A DNA stretch of 64,000 bases from Bacteroidota bacterium (GTDB lineage: Bacteria; Bacteroidota; Bacteroidia; UKL13-3): NCBI GenBank assembly GCA_025359805.1, contig JANYDU010000001.1, positions 15,421-79,420 on the forward strand. The letters run 5' to 3'. The position numbers and the translations under genes are program-made. Numbering within the stretch: the first letter of the stretch is position 1; every line of letters starts with the position of its first letter. Below are positions 28,601-37,221 of the stretch, in pieces. The notes beneath the pieces are model-generated. The model was not told the origin of the DNA. It ran no database searches and was given only the letters and a program-made list of their open reading frames with translations.

Positions 28601-31600
28601 AAGCGGTACTACAATTTTACCTGGAAGCAATGAAGATTTGTTTGAATACACTTTCCGAAGAATAATACAGAAATGTTTAACGGTTAAATTACTATTAACA
28701 GATAGTTTAAATAATGAATCCTCTGACCCAGGTAGCGGCAGTAACGCAGCCTGCCCAGATTTATCACAACTTGATATTTGGGATTGTACCAGCGAAGCAC
28801 AAGTTCAGCTGGTATTAGGAAAGCCAGATGCAAGAGGTATGGGTAAAAAAGGAAAAGAATGTCCAGGAAAAGATAAACCAGGTTCTCCTGCGTTGGTATT
28901 TAATAATGCAAATGGATATCCTGGTGTTCAGCTTAATTGTGGACGAACTTCTATTTGGATTGATATTGATTCACTTGCCGATCGTATGGATAATACACCT
29001 TGTTATTTGGATGGATTTACTTCATGGGGAATAGGTACTGTTGGAACTCAATTGGCCCCTGGTCCTGGAACTAATACTACACCAGGAGGATTAACGCGTA
29101 ATACATTTTATACTTTATTAAACTGGAATCCAAATCCTCCAAGCCCTTGGACGGGACCAGGTAGCAACGTATTGCAATATCACATGGGCGGAAATGCAGG
29201 TACACCACCAGCGGCTGATGCATTGCAGGGCTTTGTTACCGTTGGTATTTATTTAGGAAATGGGCAAGCGGATAGTACAATCAATGTTTGGGAATCAAAT
29301 TATAAAACAAATACAACCAATGCTGGCGGACCTCTGAGAGACTGGTTAGGGCGCTTTTATTTTTTCGATGCAGCTTCTCAACAAAATATACCATATACTT
29401 ATCAAACATTGCCTTTGGTTGATTCGGTGGTAAATCAAATGACTCCGCCTCCGGTTCCTATCCCAAATGGTTGGGTAGATGATAGCATTGTTTTTAATTA
29501 TGCTTTTAACAAAATAATTGCAAAAAAACCAATGATAAGATACCCTGCTGTTGGCACAACTCCAGCTATTTGGGATACGATGTATTCAATAGAATATTTA
29601 GATCCTAATTGGCCTAATTGTATGTCGGATACGGTTTGGTATCATAACTTTTGGCATATTAAAGATTTAGATCCAACTTTTGCAAAATCACCGGCTGAAT
29701 TGGCTACACTCAGAGAACGCTATGATACCATGTGGGTGGTATATAGAGATAGTATTCAAGATAGTGTGAAAACTACAGTATGGAGTTGGGGTGATAATAC
29801 CGCAACAATTGATTCATTTTATTATGCTGGCATTGATACCACGAATGATTTCTTTGTTCATGGGGTAAGGCGTGTACGTTATAATATGGACTATACCAAT
29901 GGTTTACCAGGAGTGTTAATGGATTCTACTTTATGGCCTTGTGGAGTGTATGGTACACGACAATTTAAGGAACCAATGAGGTATTATAAACGATATTATG
30001 ATTCGATAGGATTTATAGCTCCTGATGTATTAATGTTATTGAATAAATGTCCTATTCCAGGTGGGCATGATGGTAATGGTCATTATCAAGATTCTATTGG
30101 TTTACCTACTATTTTTACTATTCGACAAAAAGATACTATACTTCTGCCTAAAGGATATTTAAATTATTTTGATATTATTCAAATTATTGCCCCCGATTCG
30201 ATTGTGTTAAAGAGTAGAGATGCAAATGTCAATTTGCCAACTATTAATATTAGTAAGAATGACACGTCTAGATTGCCTCAGCCTTATCATAACATCATTA
30301 ATATTATAGGGTCAATTTTGCCTGATACTATTATATATACAATAACACATTTGGATACACACGCACCTGTAAATGTTCATATAAGCCGTTCAGATTTTAA
30401 TACATTACCAAGTAATCGTAACCGTTTGTTGAGTCCAATTGGATTTATTGGAACTGATACTATTGTATTCAAAAGTGTGTGTCCGAATCCTTCTCATTAT
30501 GATTCTAAATGGTTCCCATATAGCAATTATTTTGATACATTATTTTTAAGACTTAGGGATACATTAATTTATACTCAATACAGAACAATCGATACTGCTT
30601 TAATGATGCTTCCTGTTTCTCATCAATACTTTAAAACAAGTTGGGAAATGAATCCTTCTGGAAAAGTAGCTGGAGCAACAATAACGCAAATGAACAGTTT
30701 TATTGAAAATACCCAAAAATGCCAGTATAGCACAGGTAATGTAATTACTGTAGGTGTGATTGATACGTTACATATTTATGGTGGAGATTGGGTAGAAGAT
30801 ACCATATTCTGTAAAAGTGAAACGGTTCACTTCGTTGATTCGGTTCGTTATTTCCGTTATGATGATCAAATTACAGATGTTCCTAATTTAAATTTTGGAC
30901 GTAGTAGAACAGTTATAACTTATATTGATACACTTGGAATTCCATATAGATCTTGGCAATTTGACTCTACAGATTTTTGGGCTCGGGATGCCAATAACCC
31001 AAGCGACACTCTTGTTAACCCGGGATTTACAACAGGATTTTTATTAGACTTTAAATATTTTGAAGGTAAATGGACTAATTGGGACTTAAATCAGGCAACT
31101 GCAACAATTACACATTTATCAGGACCTTATGGACATTGGGATGTGGTATTACGTGGAGGTTCGGTTCCTGTTGTGGCACCTACAGGAGTGAGTGATTCCG
31201 CAGGATTAGGTTCAAATGTATATCCGGGTAAAATTATTTACTACCCAGCCGGTTTAGGTGGATTAGGTACTGATGGAGGTTTATATGTTTGGGATTTCTT
31301 TGGAGGATGGATTCCTGCATACGCTCCAGTTACTATCGATTCATTAAAAACAATATCAGATTCAGCAGGTCTTGTTAACCCTACATCAGGAAGAACACTT
31401 ATTTATAATAATGGAAAAGGTGCGGTTAAAAGACAAGGGATGTATTATTGGAGTGGAGGTCAATGGGTGTTTATATGTAATAGTCCATACACTTCATTCC
31501 CATACTTTACCCATAAACTATATTGGGATTTTGGTGATGGATCACCAATATATGTTGGGATTAGACCATCACATAAATATGAAATTCCTGGCAGATTTAA

Positions 31601-33197
31601 AGTTACCATGGTGAGCCGTGATAGTATTGGCGCATTTGATACTTGTATTGCCCATGTTGAGGTGATGAAACCAGTAGCCGTTCCTCACGTTTTGTTTCCT
31701 GTAATTGGTTGTAAGGATACAGCCTCATTTGCAGATTCATCATTTGTACTTACTGGAGTGGGAGCTAATAACACTATGGATAAAGTAGATTCTGTTTTCT
31801 GGTGGTTTACGATTAAGTATTCATATCCTAATGGCTTACAAGGTGCAGATACTATGCAATACCGATCCATCTTGCATAATCCAACTTGGTATTATAGTAA
31901 GAAGGGGGTTTATAAAGTTAAATTAGCTATAGTAACAGTGCAAGGTTGCCGAGATACAGCTACAGATTCAATAGTTGTTCAAGGTCCTCGACCGGCCTTT
32001 AAGCTTATTACGGATACAATTGGATGTAAACCATTTAGGGTAGGTATATGGAATATGGCGGATTCATTTGATATGCGGAGTCTTTCAGATACTCCAACTT
32101 TATCAACTATTATTTATTGGACAGAAAGCAGTACACAAACTATTATTTCTGGAAGAAGAGATACCGTATGGCATGTATATCCAGATACGGGTTACTTCGC
32201 TATATATGCAGCCGGACGTGATGCGGATCAGTTCCATACACCAACTTGCCCAATTACTTATACACCAGATTCTTCAGAAGGTGGTGGTTTTGAAAGGCTG
32301 ATTTACATTACGGTTAAGGAGCCTTATCGTGCGAAAATTACAAGCGTTGATACTGTTTGTGTGAATCAATCATTTACTGTGAAAAATACTTCTGATTCGT
32401 TGAGCTATTCTGGTTATAGATTTGAAAGGCGTAAGTTCGATACTAATCTTTCATTTATTGATGGTATACAAAAATTTGGAACGGCACCTCTTATTACCAA
32501 GTTTGATACTATTGGAAGGTATAAGATTATTTTATTCCCTGATAGTTTCCAATCTACTGTTCCTTATCAAGCAAGATGTGCTACACAAGATACGATAACA
32601 GTTACAGCACTTAAACCAAAAGCCATTTTTGACACTTTGGGATCATCTGCTCCTTCTTTTGTATTCAATAATCATTCTATTGCAGCAGATTACTATAACT
32701 GGGTAATTTTTGAGAAAGATGGAATTACTCCACGTAGTGATGGAAAGGCAACTGTATATCCTCCAAACATTGATTGGAAATATAATTTAGGATTGGATAC
32801 TGGAACTTATAAGGTTTGTTTAACAGCCTTTAAGATTATTCCTCCAAACCCATCTACTGACGAGTCATGCCCTGATTCGGTTTGTAAAATTATAAACTAC
32901 ACTTACGAAACGCATATTATTATTCCAAATGTGTTTACCCCTGATGGGGATGGTCATAATGATTTTTATAAAATTGATATTTTAGGAGAATTAAAATATG
33001 ACTTAACCATATTTAATCGTTGGGGAACTAAAGTATTTGCCAGTGATAACAAGGATAATATGTGGAACGGGAAAAATTATAATGATGGTTCTGATTGTTC
33101 AAGTGGAACTTACTTCTTTGCATTTACTTACAAATTAAAAGGAAGCAATGAGGATAAAACAGTTCATGGAACAATAACCCTTATTAAACCAAACTAA
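25656..33197 (+). CDS. ~2510-aa Cys-rich PKD-domain surface protein with T9SS type-B (CHU_C) tail
   Basis: Signal peptide from ATG 25656 (MKLFRHVFIFILLLTGTSQLFAQ); scattered W.[WF]GD PKD signatures; ends IPNVFTPDGDGHNDFY..IFNRWG..WNG..GTYFF. Confidence 0.85.
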   Translation: MKLFRHVFIFILLLTGTSQLFAQGTIAQPDTICDGDQVTLTLKSSVINTSKTVAYYKFYYDNTHVNTMQGLDRSNPSYIFFTCPPGNWKGSAKVVYTDSTSDDGGTVDFTVSYRPIANFLLDPGSNDSVCFNGGHNSVCFINKSLQNPQTPSNPLVSCLWVWGDGNKDNICSPALVCHSYAFLSALPFDVTLKITDSKGCTNAITNPQDSTGGQSGLPTGIHIVGISKPDFKWKQISGPCFKSCYRFTNLSAVALQKIQYYQWDFGDKNLCESYFEPDSNQYTAFAPFLPHVALCDSVIHKFDSLQYDTIVHCYCDSGIFKPSLKIIDLLGCADSLRKTPQNAGGALLPQNIKFYFDITSAKTDLQGSKGHVLADSVCSGSGNGATICFNQTPVSFASTGTGDFVWNFGDPNDPNNKNLDSMTWNPCHKYSGMGSFFPALKIKNICPDTTFNYYAARVVGPYRRYLDTLPDDQRDLIDGLISNSSPQFISTGWLPKNAIGFDGQVLVLNNLDSVQLSFVGLVGNFAKYKMIGRNKYYGDSAYYFNTLPFTSPYSSDLIPPDSIPVYNYSIAGATPPILNIKSTQLPVSWETGKVGTVPVACASIIGSSAKHKYYFNSILDTNGNIAPKIWYKFSRSYNYGVRILGPSASIESGTWVPAGAPPVNIDAKLKNQCGPRDTVDFVNATNYEINNPVAPNNYRGGYKARNVWRRWDFGDIYAPQCTSFTKPHVGWPAIHNINTYSYYVQKDNKNDYLSIRDSLVTVTDTVRMWNDALEQYMNSDHFFISNGQTYPGRRNCNFSHDTLPRHHYPNWDSVYLWYRYGHDFMPWDTVRFTNDPTKAPTSTLYRVKAWDSTWWGKKVYLNINTGEWSLKQDSAKMYNYISGTYPKYNPCTGKTTIGYNFATSTTGIWVKWPRIDTMATGAQPQDLWPGNSRTNGIVATLLPDPFQMVLGGYYLISGVTIDTVTHHPSLFYTDQGKTILLPSGTTILPGSNEDLFEYTFRRIIQKCLTVKLLLTDSLNNESSDPGSGSNAACPDLSQLDIWDCTSEAQVQLVLGKPDARGMGKKGKECPGKDKPGSPALVFNNANGYPGVQLNCGRTSIWIDIDSLADRMDNTPCYLDGFTSWGIGTVGTQLAPGPGTNTTPGGLTRNTFYTLLNWNPNPPSPWTGPGSNVLQYHMGGNAGTPPAADALQGFVTVGIYLGNGQADSTINVWESNYKTNTTNAGGPLRDWLGRFYFFDAASQQNIPYTYQTLPLVDSVVNQMTPPPVPIPNGWVDDSIVFNYAFNKIIAKKPMIRYPAVGTTPAIWDTMYSIEYLDPNWPNCMSDTVWYHNFWHIKDLDPTFAKSPAELATLRERYDTMWVVYRDSIQDSVKTTVWSWGDNTATIDSFYYAGIDTTNDFFVHGVRRVRYNMDYTNGLPGVLMDSTLWPCGVYGTRQFKEPMRYYKRYYDSIGFIAPDVLMLLNKCPIPGGHDGNGHYQDSIGLPTIFTIRQKDTILLPKGYLNYFDIIQIIAPDSIVLKSRDANVNLPTINISKNDTSRLPQPYHNIINIIGSILPDTIIYTITHLDTHAPVNVHISRSDFNTLPSNRNRLLSPIGFIGTDTIVFKSVCPNPSHYDSKWFPYSNYFDTLFLRLRDTLIYTQYRTIDTALMMLPVSHQYFKTSWEMNPSGKVAGATITQMNSFIENTQKCQYSTGNVITVGVIDTLHIYGGDWVEDTIFCKSETVHFVDSVRYFRYDDQITDVPNLNFGRSRTVITYIDTLGIPYRSWQFDSTDFWARDANNPSDTLVNPGFTTGFLLDFKYFEGKWTNWDLNQATATITHLSGPYGHWDVVLRGGSVPVVAPTGVSDSAGLGSNVYPGKIIYYPAGLGGLGTDGGLYVWDFFGGWIPAYAPVTIDSLKTISDSAGLVNPTSGRTLIYNNGKGAVKRQGMYYWSGGQWVFICNSPYTSFPYFTHKLYWDFGDGSPIYVGIRPSHKYEIPGRFKVTMVSRDSIGAFDTCIAHVEVMKPVAVPHVLFPVIGCKDTASFADSSFVLTGVGANNTMDKVDSVFWWFTIKYSYPNGLQGADTMQYRSILHNPTWYYSKKGVYKVKLAIVTVQGCRDTATDSIVVQGPRPAFKLITDTIGCKPFRVGIWNMADSFDMRSLSDTPTLSTIIYWTESSTQTIISGRRDTVWHVYPDTGYFAIYAAGRDADQFHTPTCPITYTPDSSEGGGFERLIYITVKEPYRAKITSVDTVCVNQSFTVKNTSDSLSYSGYRFERRKFDTNLSFIDGIQKFGTAPLITKFDTIGRYKIILFPDSFQSTVPYQARCATQDTITVTALKPKAIFDTLGSSAPSFVFNNHSIAADYYNWVIFEKDGITPRSDGKATVYPPNIDWKYNLGLDTGTYKVCLTAFKIIPPNPSTDESCPDSVCKIINYTYETHIIIPNVFTPDGDGHNDFYKIDILGELKYDLTIFNRWGTKVFASDNKDNMWNGKNYNDGSDCSSGTYFFAFTYKLKGSNEDKTVHGTITLIKPN

Positions 33198-33216
33198 TAG
33201 TTTGAGATTGTTCAAC

Positions 33217-33246
33217 AAAAAACCTCCGAATATTCGGAGGTTTTTT
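33217..33246. terminator. Bidirectional intrinsic terminator
   Basis: aaaaaacctccgaa-ta-ttcggaggtttttt. Confidence 0.9.
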
Positions 33247-33461
33247 TTTGTAGAAAATATCTTTTTCTGTTTTTAAAGAGTAATTAATGAGCATATTTTT
33301 GATTATAAAACTATGCGGGATTTATTGCATGGTTCAATAGAATTATTTAGGGTTATAGGAAACAAAAATACACGCACAACTTAAAAAACAGCGTTCAAAT
33401 CTCTCTGTAAAAAATCGACACGTAGTAGGGAATAAATTTCTGCTATAGAAACAGGTAGGGT

Positions 33462-33788
33462 TTATAATTTTTGTAGGTGCAGTTCACAGGCTTTGCCTAT
33501 GCTTATTTTGAAGCTTTGTTCTTTTAAGAAAGAAGATACAGCCTCATTGTCATTCATTACAGATAACAAATCAAATGCAACTGCTGTTTTTCCTGTTTGA
33601 TTTGCGGCTTTTCCGTTTACAATATCAAGAGAAAAAATGTAACCCAGTTTGTTTTTTGCTCCAGTGCTTTCAAACTCATGTTTGTAAAGTTGTAACTTCT
33701 GATCAGCAGTTGCTGTTTTCTTCAGAAGCAAACGAATTACTGGAAGGTATTTTCTCCATAATTGAACGTATACGCCTTGGTCTCTCAT
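33462..33788 (-). CDS. Conserved hypothetical protein
   Basis: 108-aa ORF with ATG and A-rich leader, globular composition; family not recognised. Confidence 0.65.
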   Translation of the reverse strand: MRDQGVYVQLWRKYLPVIRLLLKKTATADQKLQLYKHEFESTGAKNKLGYIFSLDIVNGKAANQTGKTAVAFDLLSVMNDNEAVSSFLKEQSFKISIGKACELHLQKL

Positions 33789-33964
33789 ATATTATTAATT
33801 GATTTAAAATGGTGCTACCAACACCTAAATTTCGGTAAAGGTATACTTTTAAAGGAAATCTGCACTTGAATTTTTTTTTAGATAGGTATTGTTCAATCCA
33901 ATCTCTAATCAGATTATGATTAATATTGCATCACCCAAAAAGCGTTATCAAATACAAATTCGAT

Positions 33965-34432
33965 ATGAATAATACAGAAGATTATAACAAAATAGAAAAT
34001 GAACTTAGCAATGAAACCATAACAGTAGATGAAATGGACGAAGTAGAGTTAGTGGTATTGCGCCCCACAGATATTGGTTATGTGGTAATGGTAAATGATA
34101 AGCACAAAGGACTTTTGCATTACAATGAAGTGTTTATTGAATTATTTGTTGGAGAAAAATTATTGGGTTTCGTTAAATCAATTAAAGAAGATAATAAATT
34201 GGATATTGTTCTTGGTAGAGCTGGTTTTGCCAAGGTGGAAGATGAAGCCGGAAAAGTAATTGAGTTATTAAAACAACACAAAGGGTTTCTTCCTTTTCAT
34301 GATAAATCATTACCCGATGATATTTATGCTTTTTTTGGAATGAGTAAAAAAACATTTAAAATGACCATTGGAAATCTTTACAAAAAAAAACTCATTAGCA
34401 TAGCTAGTGATGGAATTACTTTACTGAAATAA
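33965..34432 (+). CDS. Short CvfB-like RNA-binding protein (one S1 domain plus winged helix)
   Basis: TDIGYVV..KGLLHYNE..G.VKSIKEDNKLD; GFLPFHDKSLPDDIYAFFGMSKKTFKMTIGNLYK. Confidence 0.8.
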   Translation: MNNTEDYNKIENELSNETITVDEMDEVELVVLRPTDIGYVVMVNDKHKGLLHYNEVFIELFVGEKLLGFVKSIKEDNKLDIVLGRAGFAKVEDEAGKVIELLKQHKGFLPFHDKSLPDDIYAFFGMSKKTFKMTIGNLYKKKLISIASDGITLLK

Positions 34433-34654
34433 ATGGAGTTTGGTAATAAAGAAATTTTGTTGGATTTAGTGAGGGTAAAAATGCCTTTTGGGAAATATAA
34501 AGGAACTTTATTATGCAATATTCCTGTACATTATTTAGAGTGGTTTAAAAGAAAAGGTTTTCCTCCCGGAAAGTTAGGCATTCAACTCGATACCATTTAT
34601 GAAATTAAACTAAATGGGTTAGAAAAGCTGTTGGATCCATTAAAATACATGTAG
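34433..34654 (+). CDS. DUF3820 family protein
   Basis: KMPFGKYKGTLLCNIPVHYLEWF..KGFPPGKLG..YEIKLNGLE. Confidence 0.85.
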   Translation: MEFGNKEILLDLVRVKMPFGKYKGTLLCNIPVHYLEWFKRKGFPPGKLGIQLDTIYEIKLNGLEKLLDPLKYM

Positions 34655-34657
34655 AAA

Positions 34658-35233
34658 TTGATGGGTGAATTCAAGCATTTTATTTTATACAAACCCTTCA
34701 ACATGCTTAGCCAACATGGCACTGAGGGCTACCGAAAAAAAAGAGGATTATCAGAATTGTTTTCTTTTCCAGAAAAAGTTCAACCCATTGGTAGATTGGA
34801 TGAAGATAGCGAAGGGTTACTATTGCTTACTTCCAACACAAAATTAAGTGCATTGGTTAGAGGCTCAAAATTTGAGAAAGAATATTGGATGCAATTAGAT
34901 GGAGAAATTACAGAAGATGCAATTACACAATTGCAAAATGGAGTTACCATAACAGTTGATAAATTGCCTTATTTCACATTGCCATGCAAGGCCTGGTTGA
35001 TTAAGATAGAACCAGATTTTGAAGAACGTGAACGTCCAACTCGTGCTGGTAGGCATAGGCCTTCATCGTGGTTAGCAATTGTTTTAAAAGAAGGTAAACA
35101 TCGCCAAGTAAGAAAAATGACTGCGGCAGTTGGGTTTCCTACTTTACGTTTAATTAGAGTGAGAATTGGAAATACAACTTTAGGAAAAATGAAATCTGGT
35201 GAAGTGGTGGAAGTAGATAGATTTGAATTATAA
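34658..35233 (+). CDS. RsuA/RluE-family rRNA pseudouridine synthase
   Basis: YKPFNMLSQ, GRLDEDSEGLLLLT, EGKHRQVRKMTAAVGFPTLRLIR. Confidence 0.93.
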   Translation: MMGEFKHFILYKPFNMLSQHGTEGYRKKRGLSELFSFPEKVQPIGRLDEDSEGLLLLTSNTKLSALVRGSKFEKEYWMQLDGEITEDAITQLQNGVTITVDKLPYFTLPCKAWLIKIEPDFEERERPTRAGRHRPSSWLAIVLKEGKHRQVRKMTAAVGFPTLRLIRVRIGNTTLGKMKSGEVVEVDRFEL

Positions 35234-35260
35234 TTTCATCATTCCATTTACATTTGCTAG

Positions 35261-36097
35261 ATGCAATTTGCTGAACAAGTAAAAATATTTTTAGCTCAAC
35301 AACAAATTACTTTTGATGAAAAAAATCCCTTTTCAACAAAAAGTAAATTCCCGTTTTTATTCATTGCTGAACACAATTTATTAATTCATTGCATTTGTGT
35401 TGATGCAATTTTATTAAACAATATTCAACTCAATTATTTTTCACATTTAAGTGATGAAGCGAATCACCAAAAAATAAAATTAATTCATCTTTGGGAAGAT
35501 GTTTGGCAACAACAAACGGCATTAATTCAATTACGTTTGCTGGCTCTGTTTGGAAAATCAACACGTATTTATGCACGGCAAACTCAAGTAATTAGGCTTA
35601 ATAAAAAAGTAACAGATGATTTTTTGAATGCGAATCATTTACAAAAAACTACTAACGCCTATTATAAATATGGATTGTTTTTAAAGGATGAATTAGTAGC
35701 CATTTGTACGTTTAGTAAAAGTAGAGTAATGTTAGACGGGCCAGTTCTTTATCGTTCATTTGAAATGGTAAGATTTGCCAACAAAATCGGAACAACTGTT
35801 ATTGGTGGATTGAGTAAATTATTAGAACATTTTATCAAACAACATCATCCTACACACCTTATGACCTATGCGGATAGAGATTGGGGTTTTGGTGAAGGAT
35901 ATAAAAAATTAGGATTTACTTTTATTGAAAATTCAACACCACAATTATTTCTTATTCATCCTAAAGAAATGATTAGACATTATCCTCATCGTTTACCTTC
36001 TAAATTTTTAACAATTGATGAAATGCGAAACGATGGTTACATAAAAATTTATAATGCAGGCAATGCAAAATTTATTTTAGATAACAGAATCAAATAA
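35261..36097 (+). CDS. Hef-like protein: degenerate endonuclease-like N-domain plus Mom/GNAT-like C-domain
   Basis: LIHLWEDVW; IYAR; FLNANHLQ; YGLF..DELVA..TF; E..RFANK..TV.GGLSKLL.HF; TYADRDW.FG.GY.KLGF. Confidence 0.55.
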   Translation: MQFAEQVKIFLAQQQITFDEKNPFSTKSKFPFLFIAEHNLLIHCICVDAILLNNIQLNYFSHLSDEANHQKIKLIHLWEDVWQQQTALIQLRLLALFGKSTRIYARQTQVIRLNKKVTDDFLNANHLQKTTNAYYKYGLFLKDELVAICTFSKSRVMLDGPVLYRSFEMVRFANKIGTTVIGGLSKLLEHFIKQHHPTHLMTYADRDWGFGEGYKKLGFTFIENSTPQLFLIHPKEMIRHYPHRLPSKFLTIDEMRNDGYIKIYNAGNAKFILDNRIK

Positions 36098-36119
36098 AAG
36101 TAAATGTATCATTGCATCA

Positions 36120-37052
36120 ATGATTTCAAACAATCTTATTATTATTTTAGGCCCAACCGCGATTGGAAAAACCAAGTTGGCGGTTAGTGTTGCCAATGAA
36201 TTAAATGCGGAAATAATCAGTGCAGATTCACGACAAGTATATCGTGATATGAATATTGGAACGGGAAAAGATTTAGATGAATATATAATTAATGGCAAAA
36301 AAATTCCGTATCATTTAATTGATATTTTAGAAGCGGGAGAAGAGTATAACTTACATCGTTTTCAAAAAGATTTTTTTAAAGCGTATGATGAAATACTATC
36401 CAGAAATAACATTCCAATTTTATGCGGAGGAACAAGTTTGTATATTAATGCTGTTATAAAAGGACACGCATATACACCGATTCCAGAGAATAAATCGTTG
36501 AGAACTTCTTTAGATGGAATGAATAAAAAAGAACTTGTTGATTATTTTATTGCACTACCCGAAACTCCTTATAAAAGCAAAGCTGATACTTCAACTTTAA
36601 TTAAAATGATGCGTGCGATTGAAATTTGTACCTGGGAGCAAACCAATACACGTGAAGAAAATCAATCGGCAAAAAATTTGAAACCAATTATTTTTGGTTT
36701 GGATATGGATGTTGAAGTGAAAAGAAAACGCATTGAAGAACGGTTGAAGAACCGCTTGCAAAATGGGTTGATTGAAGAAGTAAAAAATTTGTTGGAAAAA
36801 GGAGTGAGTGCAGAAAAACTAATATATTATGGTTTAGAATATAAGTTCGTTGTGATGTATCTCAAGAAAAAAATAACCCTTGATGAAATGCAAAAACAAT
36901 TGACCACTGCCATTCAACAATTTGCAAAACGACAAATGACCTTTTTTAGAAAAATGGAAAACGAGGGTGCAAAAATAAATTGGATTGATGGTTCATTATC
37001 TTTGCCTGAACAAATAAGTTTTGTTTTACAAATCAGAAATCTCAAAACCTAA
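36120..37052 (+). CDS. miaA: tRNA dimethylallyltransferase
   Basis: GPTAIGKT, ISADSRQVYRDMNIGTGK, YHLIDI, CGGTSLY, FAKRQMTFFR. Confidence 0.95.
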   Translation: MISNNLIIILGPTAIGKTKLAVSVANELNAEIISADSRQVYRDMNIGTGKDLDEYIINGKKIPYHLIDILEAGEEYNLHRFQKDFFKAYDEILSRNNIPILCGGTSLYINAVIKGHAYTPIPENKSLRTSLDGMNKKELVDYFIALPETPYKSKADTSTLIKMMRAIEICTWEQTNTREENQSAKNLKPIIFGLDMDVEVKRKRIEERLKNRLQNGLIEEVKNLLEKGVSAEKLIYYGLEYKFVVMYLKKKITLDEMQKQLTTAIQQFAKRQMTFFRKMENEGAKINWIDGSLSLPEQISFVLQIRNLKT

Positions 37053-37065
37053 TTTATAAATTAAA

Positions 37066-37221
37066 ATGGCTGGCTGTGGTTATGTATGTCCGAAGTGTGA
37101 AGGTAAAGGCTTATTAGATGACGGAAGTGTTTGTGATTGGTGTACATTGGAGGAAATAAAAAAAAGTAGTATAAATAAACTAACTACTTTAATTATTTCT
37201 ATGTTTCTATTACATTTTTAA
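37066..37221 (+). CDS. Unannotated 51-aa Cys-rich peptide with two CxxC motifs
   Basis: MAGCGYVCPKCEGKGLLDDGSVCDWCTLEEIKKSSINKLTTLIISMFLLHF; A-rich leader; below the track length cutoff. Confidence 0.6.
   Translation: MAGCGYVCPKCEGKGLLDDGSVCDWCTLEEIKKSSINKLTTLIISMFLLHF

Noticed and set aside
33250-33460. Small RNA or peptide in the gap after the giant gene
   Set aside because: Only ORFs under 30 aa without motifs, and no convincing stem or known RNA family pattern.
35261-36097. Prophage remnant
   Set aside because: A single phage-like gene flanked by housekeeping genes, with no structural, integrase or att features.
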